DNA of 64,000 bases from contig CM114271.1 of the NCBI GenBank assembly GCA_050084515.1, forward strand, positions 25,730,001 through 25,794,000, in the 5' to 3' direction. Of this stretch, positions 1-11,619 are shown one piece after another; position 1 is the first letter of the stretch, and every line of letters starts with the position of its first letter. The notes under the pieces are model-generated. The model did no database searches. It saw only the letters and a list, made by a program, of their open reading frames with translations, and was not told the origin of the DNA. A program made the translations under genes and the position numbers. Source of the DNA: Blasia pusilla. Its lineage: Eukaryota.

Positions 1-2
1 TA

Positions 3-164
3 GTAGTTCCTGCAGGCTTACGTTGTATGTTGTGTGGTTCTGCCCGTGGTGCGGCCACGATGCTAGTCTGTGATGGGTGTTCGAGAGGATGGCATATGGC
101 ATGTTTGACGCCACCTCTCACTAGGGTTCCTCAGGGACGATGGATGTGTCCCAGATGTAGATAG
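3..164 (+). CDS. PHD finger at C-terminus of retrotransposon integrase (partial)
   Basis: Manual translation VVPAGLRCMLCGSARGAATMLVCDGCSRGWHMACLTPPLTRVPQGRWMCPRCR* shows the C4HC3 pattern; homologous to 11300-11446. Confidence 0.9.
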   Translation, partial: VVPAGLRCMLCGSARGAATMLVCDGCSRGWHMACLTPPLTRVPQGRWMCPRCR

Positions 165-344
165 AGAAGGTAGTTCTATATTCCGACTTGTGTCTATGAC
201 ATGGATGACAAGGAGGCGACTAACGATGGGGCCACATGAGCACCCGGCCTTCTTGCTCTTAGCGTCCGAGAGATGTATGTCATGGTAGGTAGGGATAGAT
301 GGCTATCTAGAGTTAGAGGGACCTAACCACTAGCTAGGGGGGCG

Positions 345-1119
345 ATTGGAGATATTTTGGTTCTTCTTGTCTCGTTTTTTGGATGCCATGAGTTAGCATG
401 GGATCATGCGTGTTTGTGTGTGTGTTTGGTGACAGCGATGTATGTTGTGTAGCGATGTGTATGCGCACGACAACTGTCACGTCTTTTAGGATAGATCGGT
501 GGGATCTAATAGAGCGCCTTCATGAGTAGTGGAGGACACACCCAAAGATGGGGTCGAGGTGACTGCTTTGAGGCCCTTGGAAACCTGAGATAGCAGATTT
601 CCCCTTCGTTTCGGCTCATTTGGAGCCATATTGAGGAACTTACTATTTTAGGTAAGTACCATTTTGAGTATATGATCGACTTACTATTTTTGGTAAGTGG
701 CCCTTGACCTCCTACATCAGGTCAAGAGCCAAGGAGGTGACTTGGGAGAATAGGTTACCATGGAGAGAGCTTGGGAGAGGAGAGGGGTATACCTCAAGGA
801 GAGAGAGCTTGAGAGCTCATTCTCTCTTTGTTGAACCTCTTGGCATGAGGCGGCGGAGCTATGGTACCTTGCCTTGTGAGTGTAACCCAAGCCTCTCATT
901 AGGAGAGTGGGTTTGGTTTGACATGAGAGAGAGTGCACACCTTTGAGAGCTATGGTGTGAGATGGTGGAGAGAGAGATTGGATCTTACTTTATTGGAGAT
1001 ATTTTGGTTCTTCTTGTCTCGTTGTTTGGATGCCATGAGTTAGCATGGGATCATGCGTGTTTGTGTGTGTGTTCGGTGACAACGATGTATGTTGTGTAGC
1101 GATGTGTATGCGCACGACA
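345..1119 (+). repeat. Split terminal repeats of copy 1: B1(345-472)-AC-A2(475-991)-B2(992-1119)
   Basis: The 128-bp block attggagatattttgg...gcgcacgaca occurs twice. The intervening A block starts TGTCAC and is homologous to 57233-57741 (reverse complement). Confidence 0.92.
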
Positions 1120-3269
1120 GCTTGAATCAAAAGGAGTTAAGGGTTGAATTATATCAAGTTTTAAAGGATGTCATGCATCGACATGATGTGGATGGTCGAA
1201 GGGTTGGGAGACGCATTGTATTACCTTCTTCTTTTACTAGAGGGCCACATCATATGCATCAATTGTATCAAGATGAAATGGAAATTGTAAGACATTTGGG
1301 GAAGCCAAACTACTTTTTGACAATGACATGCAATCCTAAGTGGGAGGAGATTACACCAGCCTTATTACTTGGTCAATCAGCTGTGGATAGACTAGATCAG
1401 GTTATACGGGTTTTAAGAAGAAAAAGAAGGAGTTGTTACAACTTATCATTAACAAGAAAATATTGGATCGAGTTCTAGGATGCATCCATGTTGTGGAATT
1501 TCAAAAAAAAGATCTCCTGCACGTGCATGTTCTTATTATTTTAGGCCATGAGGATAAACCACGAACCACTTTTGATTATGATAGTATTATTTCAGCATAA
1601 ATCCCCAATCAATCTACCCATCCAAGGTTGTATTCTACTGTCGCTAATTGCATGATTCACGGGCCATGTGGAGTATTAAATCCAAGTGCACCATGTATGG
1701 ACAAGGAAACCAAAAAATGTACCAAAGGCTACCCTGAGCCTTTTGCGGCTAGTACCACAGAGATGGAAGATGCTTACCTGATCTATCACAGGTAAGGAAC
1801 TTTTCATCCTAGATTATTTTTATGACTATAAGGGATATGAGGCCAATGTGATGATTTCATGCTTTGTAATTTTATTTTTTTAGATTGGAGAATGGGAGGG
1901 CGATACTTAAGCGCAAACATTCATTGGATAATCGTTGGGTTGTGCCCTACAATCCTATGTTCTGCGCGTTCTTTGATTGTGACATTAATTTGGAGAATAC
2001 AAGTAGTGTTTATGCCGTCAAGTACTTATATAAATATGTATATAAGGGGTCTGATGTTGTATCATTTAAGTTGTCAAAGGATACATCCGACACAATTGAC
2101 AGTGTTGACGAGACGACGTCATATCTTGATGCAAGGTAAGATTGTGCTAATTGATTGTTGTGTTGCATGATATTGAATTCATCAACTTTACTTCATTCTC
2201 CTTACTTGAATATTTGGAATTATTATTTTTCCAGATATATTTCTTCTTCTGAGGCATGTTGGCGACTCTTCAAGTTTAGTCTACACGTTGAACTTCCAAG
2301 TATTGTACAATTAGTAGTTCATTTTCTAGAACAACAAGAAATCTACTTCAATTATGTTGATCCTCCTCAACAAATTTTGCAACAAAATAGAGAGACAACT
2401 TTGACAAAATGGTTTGCAACCAATCTACTTGATTCCAATTCCCGAAAATATCTATATGTAGATTTTCCTTCATATAATTGTTGGAATAACAAGACATGGA
2501 TTCTTAGGGTACAAAAAAGAAATGATTGTGGCCATCCTATTGGCCGCTTATACCTTACTCATCCAGGTGAATACGCTTGATTTTGTTTTTCACCATCTAA
2601 AGTGATGTATTTATATTGGGATGAATTGATTTTTTTCACTTCTTCGTAGGTGAAGGAGAACTTCATTGGTTGAGATTACTTCTCCGTCATGTTTGAGGAG
2701 CAGCGCCATATGAATGCTTGAGAATTGCCAATGGAATATTAGGTCAAACATTCAAGGAAGCTGTTATCCAAATGGGACTTCTCGAGGATGATAGGGAAGT
2801 GTTCTCTTGTTTTCAAGAAGCTTCTATGATCCGTACATGTTCTTCACTTCGCCGTCTATATGCAATCATTCTAGCGTACAACTTATCTGCTCAACCTACA
2901 ACCTTATGGACTCAATTCTTGGACCCATTGGTGGAAGATCTCTTATATGAACGACGTTAGGTAGGAATTCATTACCTTCACTCCTTACATCATTAGTTTT
3001 ATTCCTAATAGTATCTTCTTTTGAGCATTCAAGAAACTAGTCATGATTTGGGCTTTTTCTCGAACTGTTGTATTGCAGAAAATAGGAATTCCTAATCTTC
3101 CTATTGATGACGATATCATTAATAATGCCTTGTTGTAAGTTCATTATTATTTACAAGATCAAGGAAAGGGACTATCTGACATTCCTGACATGCCCCAAGT
3201 CAATTTCCAAAGCCTTCACTCACATTCATATTTGGAGGAGCAAGAACTATTATGTGATACGGAAGAATT
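1120..3269 (+). pseudogene. Helitron Rep (HUH/Y2) domain, intron-containing, frameshifted
   Basis: Motifs GRRIVLPSSFT, FLTMTCNPKW, VVEFQKKDLLHVH (HUH), KYLYKYVYKGSD (Y2), RYISSSEACWRLF and TFKEAVIQMGLLEDD. GT-AG introns e.g. 1792-1883 and 2136-2234. Confidence 0.92.
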
Positions 3270-3637
3270 TTTCATGACCATACGGATTATGTCGTAGAGT
3301 AAAGTGTGCTAGTAGAGGCCATACCTTATGTAGGACCGTAGTGGCTAGGTAGAGATGCGGTTTTATACATAGGGTTGGGGGTTACTCAGTTGGGGGTGCC
3401 TTTCCCAGTAGGGCCCGCTCTTAGGTTGGAAGATATAGTGTGGCGTGCACCCAAAGAACAATCAGTTCTTTGAGTTGAGCCTGTTGCGTTGGGAGTTAGC
3501 CTTGGTAGTGAGTAGAGCTCTTGGCTATAATTTTTCCCGCAAGCTTCGACCTAGATTCTCCCATCGCGGAGTGGGTTTGGCTCGATTGTATGTGATTCTA
3601 TACGTGTTTTATGATAGTAGGTCTTTCAAGGATTTCA
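3270..3637 (+). repeat. A1 terminal repeat of copy 2 (direct repeat of 11728-12080)
   Basis: Colinear high similarity to A2 with one indel of about 15 bp. Start TTTCATG here versus TGTCATG in A2. Confidence 0.93.
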
Positions 3638-3649
3638 CTCAAAGAACTG
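3434..3649 (+). promoter_or_regulatory. Putative TATA/Inr promoter and self-priming primer-binding site
   Basis: TATA 3434-3437 and Inr-like TCAGT with A at 3464. cagttctttgagt (3463-3475) is the exact reverse complement of actcaaagaactg (3637-3649) at the A1 boundary. Confidence 0.75.
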
Positions 3650-4803
3650 GAGTAGATCGATGGTAGCTTCGATTGTGGATCAGTAGGATCTCGTTAGGGT
3701 TGATTGTGTACTCAGCCATGGATGTTTGTGGCTTGTGGCCTATGTTGGAGGTAGGAATATGGTGCATGGTTGATTGGGAAAGAAGCGCCTTGCTGAGAGC
3801 TTTCCAACGTGCTTTAGATCGCCGGATTTCGTCAAGGGAGTTGGAAGTTATCAAGGATTGAAGATTCTGGTTAGCGTTCGACGGTTTTCTGATGTGGAGA
3901 GCTTGGAGTGCGGAAGCTCTGTTGAAGTTCATCCAAATCGGGTGAGAGGTTCCTGTTGCTACTTGTATTGTGATCTCATGTGAAGCTATCTGCTCAAGTG
4001 TGTGGAGCGTTGCAGATTTTTGCGTGCATGAAACTGGGCGGAAGCGCTGTCGGAGACTTCGAGGCAACTCATGGTAGCTCGGGGCGAGTGAGCGTGAGAG
4101 GCGGAGTAAGGAGCAAGGAGCAAGCAAGAAAGCTTGCTTGCCTGGGCGTGAGGCAATTTTTGCAGGATTTGTGATTTGAGTGTTGCATAACTAGTCATCC
4201 ATCTTTGGGCTATTCTGCCTGGAAGACGCTTAACTGCTGAGTTCTTAACTATGCCAGTGTACACACTGGTGTAGCTCATTTGGTGCTATTTGGAGATGTG
4301 TTAGGTGTTTATGCATCTCAAGTTTTTTGGTTGATGGAACTCTAGTGCATACTATGGTGTAGCCTCTCCATGCAGATGATATTTTCAGGTGCTGCGAGTC
4401 CGACTAGCACGTCATCGACTGCTGGCGGAGTAGCTATTGCGTTAGAATTGTGTGGTGGGTTCTATGGATTCAGGGGGCGCCACGTTTGGTGGATTGTGTT
4501 ACCTTGATTTCCATTTGTGATTGGAGGGTTGTCGTTGGACTTCCTGTGTTTGGATCCCCTTCATCGTTGCTTCTTGCTTGCGCGCCCATTGTTAGGGTTC
4601 ACGTTGATTTCCAGAGTAGTGTTACTCCTGTGTGCTACCGGTAGTGAGGCTGGAGTGATGACGAGTAGACCGTGGGAGGCTTCTTGTGGTGCTGACAGGT
4701 TAGGTTGCCTACACCCATAGCTAGTAGAGCTAGAATAGTACAGCGACATCGACGTCACTTGGTTACTTAGTGGTGGTGATTTGGTGGTGGTGCGGCATCG
4801 GCG

Positions 4804-6328
4804 TTGGTCATCACGGAGCTGTCTGGTGGTTTGTTTGGGGACCGTGGTGCGGACAGTGGTGGTTTCACACAAATTGGATTGAGGTATCGGCTACCTTTTC
4901 CACTTCCGACGGTTGATGAAGAGGAGGACGAGGGTGTTCCAAACACCGAGTCTTCTACGTTGTTATCGAGTGTTGCAGCTCCATTGATTTGGGACATGGA
5001 CGGGATATATGGGGCCATGAAGGGCCCACGACGATACTCGGGTGCAGTGGGCACCATTGAGTTGGAGGACTTCCTGCAAGAGTTTGATACGTGGTGTGAT
5101 ATGCAGATGTTGCAGAACGCCACGTTGTTTACACCCTTCTTGGCTTGGAAGGGGTTGTTTCAGCACTTGGAGGGACCACCCATGGACGATAACCATGAGT
5201 TTAGGAAGGACCATGTTGCTGAGATTGAGGCGTGGAGACAATATTGGTCTCCAAGCTATGTGTCTATCACCCATGGTGGTATTGGTAGTAGTGCTCCTAC
5301 TATGCCAGCCAGCCCGACGTTGAGTGGTACGAGTACGAGCCGGATTGGGGGTACCAGTGGGGGTACTAGTGGAGGTACTAGTGCCCCACCATCATTTAGC
5401 CCGGTTGCACAGTTCTTCAAGAGGTTGAAGAAGAACTATCAAGGAGTGAAGACAGAGAAGTTGAGAAGTCTTCAGGAATTTGAGCGAAAGACTTGTGAGA
5501 GTCTTTGTGTATGCCACGCTTGATTTCAGTTACTCAGGGTGTGACTGAGGCTTAGGCAGTCCAGTTTTGGTATGGGATCTTGGACAGAGAGTTGCGCCGT
5601 AGGGTACGTGATGCTACTCTTATGAGTGATGATTCACCCACATTGACCCATGTGTTTGCTCTATCTGAGAAGATTGAGCTTAACATGGTGAAGGAGAGAG
5701 TGGTGACATCCACATTCAGTAGGGATACAACTACTACTTCTCGTGTTCAGCAGCCCACCTCACAATCTCGTAGTAGTGGTGGTGGTAGTAGTAGTGGGAG
5801 TCGTGGGGGGTACACACGACGTTAGTCAGGTCCTAGAGGGACACTTTGCAGAGACCATTGCCTTCATTTGCTGCCCTGCAGCAAGGACATTCATGTTGGA
5901 CATGTGGAGGTCTTCATGTTAGGAAGTTGTGTCCCCAAGAGGATGGGAGACGGACTTTGGAGGATGGGCCTCAGTCGGCCCCAACTCAATGTGATCATTG
6001 CGGGAGACCAGGTCATCCTCGAGAGCGTTGGTTTGATCTTCATCCAGAGTTAAGATCAGGCCGCGGCCGTGGTGGAGTAGCTCCGAGAGGCCGAGGTGGT
6101 AGAGGTGGTAGGGGTGGTAGAGGTGGACTAGTGGTTGGAGAGCCTACAGTGGCTACCCCTACCACTACGACAGAGTCAGCTATGGCTTCCAGGATTGAGC
6201 AATTGGAGCAAAAGTTGGCTACTATGGCTGGTATCCAGCATATATCAGGTTCGGGAGCAGGGGCTTCCACCTCTTATGGAAGGGATGATCTCTCTTATAT
6301 GGCGAGTGCAGCACAGGTTGAGGCATGA
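4804..6328 (+). pseudogene. gag-like polyprotein with two Zn knuckles and RGG repeats
   Basis: Segments IELEDFLQEFDTWCD, CWTCGGLHVRKLC, CDHCGRPGH and RGRGGRGGRGG; interrupted by stops. Confidence 0.8.
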
Positions 6329-6439
6329 GCTGCAGTTACGAGAGGAGCCACTCGAGCGTCAGAGCCACGTGATGCTATTGTGGAGTTGGACCCATAGAGG
6401 GGTGAGGCTGGGAGGCAAGCTAGGCTTCCCCAGTCATTC

Positions 6440-7516
6440 TTGTTTTCTGAGGTGCTTAGGACTCCATCCATGGTTCCTACGCACCCTATTGAGCCGACAG
6501 TGGGGACTGAGGCATCTACATCGCGTGTAGTAGACACGGATGCAACATCCAGTGCAGTATTACGGATGGAAACTTCAGTGTTGGGATCCCCATTGTTTTC
6601 GACCACGGAACTGATGGCTTTAGGAGTTGACTTAGCTCCTGTATTTCAGCTAGCAGCCACGTTGTGTGAACGTGGGGGTATTATTGCTACACATGATGAG
6701 GTGGATGAGGGTGTTACGGTGGAGCGGCCCTCTATATCAGGTGTAGCATTGAGTACCAGTGCTACTTGGCAGGCAGCAGCGGTGAAGATGGATGCATTAC
6801 CAGCCCGGCCAGCCATTGATCGTGAGAGGCTTACACCTTGTGTATATATGTTGGACAACCGGAGTGGGATATTTCGATTGGTGAGTCCTACAGGACAAGT
6901 GTATAGACCAGATAGAGTATTGTTAGACTCTGGTGCCCAACCTTTGATGTTGGGAAAGGCGGCATGTATTGGTTTGGATATTCGGAGGTTAGAGCTTGAG
7001 CCTTGCCCATTCCAGATTCAAACATCACTTGGAGGAGCCAATAATAGGTCTCAATTCACGACACGGGAGAAGTTTTCTGTACAGTTGAGACCAGATCATG
7101 CGACTGATAGCTCCCGGTTGGGAGTACCTACAGTGGTCATATCAGCCGAGTCGTATGATGTACTAGTTGGAGGAGCAGTATTGTACCCGATGGGTTTTCA
7201 GATGGATTACTGGACTGAGACAGCGTCTTATACACCTGGTTGGCAGTGTGGGGATGGACGTATGAGCCAAGTTCCTGTGAGATTTATTTATGGGGCTCGA
7301 CCAGGAGGGTCTTCCCCAACAGTGTTAGCATTTGTGGCTAGTTTTAGTGGAGTAGTCACTTGGCCAGGAGACTTTTTGGAGGGTAATGTTTCTGCTATGG
7401 ATTCTCCTGTGCATGAGGAGGTCCCTAGTTTTGCAGTAGTGGCATCCTCATCGTTGGATGTGCCACTTTGGAGTTCAGGCGGTGCACTACAGCAGGAGGT
7501 TGATCGCCTAGTGTAG
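6440..7516 (+). pseudogene. Retropepsin aspartic protease region
   Basis: RVLLDSGAQPLML (D-S-G) and YDVLVGGAVL. Confidence 0.85.
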
Positions 7517-7603
7517 GAGGCTTGGTGTGAAGCTGTTATACCTCACAAGAAAAAGGAGGCCCCACGGCAGAGTCCTACTTCTGGTCTAGTTGGGTTATCC
7601 CCT

Positions 7604-8070
7604 TTGGATACTACACCCATTGTATGGCAGTATCCGCCGGAGGGCATTTGTGTGTTAGATCTCTTTGGTGGGATTAGCACTGGTTTGGTTGCAGTGTCGC
7701 AGGCCGGTATTCCTGTGCGGAGATACGTGTATGTGGAGCGAGATGAGACGGCCCAAAGAGTCTCATCCCGACATATTGGTCAGTTGATGCGGAGATATCC
7801 TAAGTTTTTGCCACCATCATCTATTCGTGGGTACCAGCGTGCTTTGCCGTCACACATTGTATTGTTGGGGGCGCAGGACCTTAAGAGGGTTGGTCCTGTG
7901 GATTTGGTGATTGCTGGATGGCAATGTGCGACAGTTGGTGGAGCCTAACGCTGATGAGAGAGAGCGTGCGATGGGATTTGCTACTGGTGTGACAGCCGTT
8001 GCTTCCATTTCTTAGGCTTCACGACGTCATGTGTTGGGTCAGGCCATAGACCTGAATTCTTTGACTTGGA
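7604..8070 (+). pseudogene. DNMT3-like cytosine-5 DNA methyltransferase domain (internally deleted) within pol
   Basis: Motif I VLDLFGGI, motif II YVERD, motif IV DLVIAGW.C. A deletion then joins to motif IX EPNADERERAMGFATGVT and motif X RRHVLGQAID. Confidence 0.85.
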
Positions 8071-8332
8071 TTTTGAGTCTTGGTATGGCCGAGCAGCGTC
8101 GACTTCGGACTATGTCTGTGGGTCTTCCACCCCTTGTAATGAGCTCGATGGTTATTGGGATGGTAGAGGCATCGGCTGGGGGTGAGGAGAGTAGTATTTT
8201 GCATCCTTGGAGTGAATGGAATGTAATGGCTGGGCATGTGGAGTTGGTTGCTCATGCTGGTGGAGGGTTATTTGCTCAGATGATGGTGTAGCTAAGGGTG
8301 TACCATCTTGTGAGGGGGTTGCGTAGCAGCCA

Positions 8333-9800
8333 ATGGCATCATCCTCTCCCTCTAGTGTGCCAGTGGAGGAGACTTGGGAGCCATTACTTGGGCCCAAGCT
8401 TACGGGAGGTGAGAAACGACGCTTGACACAGTTCCTACATTCTTATAGGAGTTGTTTTGCCTTTAGCATGAAGGATTTGGGTGCTCTGGTTGGACTCGGT
8501 ATACGGATTGAGTTGGCTAGTGATACACCAATCTTTCGTCGTCCCTATCGATATAGTGATATGGAGAGGGACCTGATTCAGGGTAGGACGTTAGACCTTT
8601 TGGAGGCTGGATTAGTGGAGTTGTCGCATGGAGAGTATGCATCAACCACTGTTATGCCTGCTAAAAAGGATATGCATGGAAACTACACGGATAGGCGGAT
8701 GTGTGAAGATTACCGTCCTATCAATTGGCAAACCAAGACCGATAGGTATGCCATGCCTACAACTGAGGAGATCTTTGATGTGGTGGGACAGGAAAAGATT
8801 TTCAATACTTTGGATCTTCGGGCACGATACCATCAATTGCCGATTCGGGAGAGTGACAAGGCCAAGACAGCATTTTGGGGTGTCAACTCTCATGGCAAGG
8901 ATTGTTTGTACCAGTGGAAATTCTTACCCTTTGGGTTGAAGAATGCACCTTCCGAGTTTCAGAGAGTGATGGACAGGATCCTAGCAAGGTTGGATTTTGT
9001 TCGGTGTTACATTGATGATATCTTGGTGTTCAGTAATATGGTCGAGGAGCATCAGATATATTTGCAGATGGTGTTTGAGCGGTTGAAAGCTCATGGTCTA
9101 CGTTTGCATCCGGGAAAGTGTAAGTTCTTCCATGAGGATGTTGAGTACTTGGGTCATGTGATCTATCCAGGTGGTTTGGGAGTTCAGCAAGCAAAGGTGG
9201 AGGCTATTGCACTTATTCCGCGTCCGGTAGATGTGAGTAGAGTTTGGGCATTCATGGGATTGGCGAACTACTATCGGAGGTATGTGAAGGGATTTAGTGC
9301 TATGGAAAAGCCTTTGAACCAATTGCTGAAATCAGATCAAGAGTGGCACTCGGGAGATGATCAGGAGAGAGCTTTTGTGGAGCTTAAGGCCCAGTTGGTG
9401 GCGGCGCCTATCTTGAGGAGACCTATCGAGGGCGCCCATTTACATTACACATCGATTGGAGTAGGTTGGGACTTGGAGCGGTGTTGACACAACATGATGA
9501 TGAGCACATGGAGTTTGTGGTGGCCTATGCAAGTCATTCGAATAATGCAGCGGAGTCGCGCTATATTTCATATGAGGGAGAGTGCTTGGCAGTAGTGTGG
9601 GTTGTGGCACACTTTAGGTGTTACTTGTTTGGCACACAGTTTACCCTTGTTACTGATCACCAGCCGCTCAAGTGGTTGATGGAGTCTGACAAGCTTATAG
9701 GGAAGCTTGCACGGTGGGTTCTTATCTTATAGGAGTATGACTTCTAGGTGGTACATAGACCTGGAGTTGCCAACCTTGATGTTGATGGGTTGAGTAGGAA
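8333..9800 (+). pseudogene. Ty3/Gypsy reverse transcriptase + RNase H
   Basis: RMCEDYRPIN, LDLRARYHQL, LPFGLKNAPSEFQRVM, YIDD, YLGHVI, YEGECLAVVW, TDHQPLKW. Confidence 0.95.
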
Positions 9801-10026
9801 CCCATGTACTAGCCAAGAGGATGCAACTGGGGCTAGATGGCATGGCAAGGTTGATGAGGAGGTGGTGCCAGGTTGGCATGCATCTGCCTTTTTATGTTGG
9901 TTAGGGGTGGACTCTAGTATGGAGGACCACATGACATCTTACTCTAGTCAGAGGGTAGATGGCCATCCTTCATATCCTTAGGTTAGAGATGGTGGTACGG
10001 ATCAGCGTGATATTCATGATGATGCG

Positions 10027-11446
10027 TTGGTGTTGGAGTTCCTACGGACTAGTAGGGTGCCAGGCATATTGAGTGCCAAGGAGCGAGACCGTGTTCTTCA
10101 ACGTGCTAAGAGGTATCGATTGGAGGGAACACATATTCTCCGTGTGTGGGAGGATGGTAGAGTACGAGTAGTGCCGTATTTGGCTCAGAGAGAGCGCATT
10201 GTGCGACATGCCCATGAGGAGTTGGGACATTTTGGGGTAAAGCGTACGTATAGCTTACTCCTTGGTCAGTATTGGTGGCGTGGCATGCAAACTCAGGTGC
10301 AGCAGTTGGTGTCACGTTGTATGGTTTGTGATTGGGTGAGGGCATCATTCAATGCCCCTACACCACAGTTACACCCCTTGCCTATTATGGGGTTGGGTTA
10401 CCGTTGGAGTGTGGACTTTGCGGGACCGTTACCGTTGATTGTACGACATCATCGATATGTGTTGGTGATGGTGGAGCACTTCTCCAAGTGGATTGAGTTG
10501 GTGGCATTACCTGACAAGGAAAGTGAGGGAATGGCGTACGCGTTTCTTGATAGAGTGCTTAGTCATTTTGGTGCACCAGCTGAAGTGTTGACCGACTAGG
10601 GTACAGAGTTTCAGGGTGAGTTTCAGGTCTTGTGTGACAAGGCGTTGATTGATCATCGGACCACATCTCGAGATCATCCAGAGGCGGATGGTTTGGCTGA
10701 GCGTGTGGTTCATACGGTGAAGAGGGCATTGCGCAAGCATGGCCTCTGAAGGGCATCTTGAGACAGGATATTCAGTTGCCATGGTTAGCCATGGGGTATA
10801 GGTTCAGTCGCCAAGCATCCTTGGCTTCCTTCTCACCTTATTTTTTGTTATACGGCCGAGATCCAGACTTGCCAGCATCAATTTGTCGGGAGTCTAGTGA
10901 GGTGGTGAACCTTGATGACCTAGAGATGTGGATGAGGGTGTGTTCTCAGCGGGCAGAGCTCTTTTGGAGAGTTATGCCAACAGCCTTTGAGAATCTTGCC
11001 ATTTCTCAACATAGAGATACGTTGCGGTATGCAACAATTCGAGGTGGAGGTTATCGACCATCGATTCGTAGGTTCCATGTAGGGGACTATGTCTATTTGC
11101 AGCAGATTGCACCGACAACGTTGGATGTGACGGCAGGCCGCACTATTTTACGAGTGCACGAGGTGTTAGCTTCTGGAGTTCTCATGTTGGAGGGTCGTGA
11201 TGGAGTTGTTTGGAAGGACCATGTGCGTAATTGTGCGCCATGTCATCTTCCAAATGTGGATATCTTATTGACCCAAGCTTAGCCATGATACGTGCTAGCT
11301 TGAGGTGCATGTTGTGTGGGTTTGCTAGTAACGCAGCCCGTATGTTGGTGTGTGATCGGTGTTCTAGGGGTTGGCACATGATGTGTTTGACTCCACGTAT
11401 GGATGTTGTTCCTACTGGAAGGTGGGTTTGTCCTCGATGTATTTAG
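10027..11446 (+). pseudogene. DDE integrase with C-terminal PHD finger
   Basis: HHCC (HEELGH...CMVC), WSVDFAGP, VLTD*GTEF, DGLAER, PYFLLYGRDP, then CMLC...CDRC...H..C...WVCPRC. Confidence 0.93.
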
Positions 11447-11619
11447 GAGAGGTAGATGACTTGATCTTTGTATGATATGGATTACAGATGTGCGACTAAC
11501 GATGGGGCAACCTAGCACCCGGCCTTCTGATTCGTGCACCCACGAAGGTGTATAGCATGTAGTAGATGTATAGGGCTACCTGGGAGTTAGAGGGACCTAA
11601 CCGCCAGTTAGGGGGGCAA

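Larger units (their letters stand above)
1..1119 (+). mobile_element. 3' end of split-repeat Ty3/Gypsy-like retrotransposon (copy 1; same family as copy 3), inserted in the Helitron Rep gene
   Basis: Order is PHD-finger C-terminus (3-164), G-rich PPT (336-342), B1 345-472, spacer AC 473-474, A2 475-991, B2 992-1119 ending ...ACGACA. The Helitron frame LNQKELRVELYQ resumes immediately afterwards. Confidence 0.9.

Noticed and set aside
216-260. Hammerhead ribozyme in the conserved 3' UTR motif (ctaacga resembles CUGANGA)
   Set aside because: The core is mismatched and there is no GAAA after the stem.
7604-7948. Host DNMT3/DRM gene or bacterial restriction-modification contamination
   Set aside because: It is intronless, lies between PR and RT in two independent elements, and decays with them.
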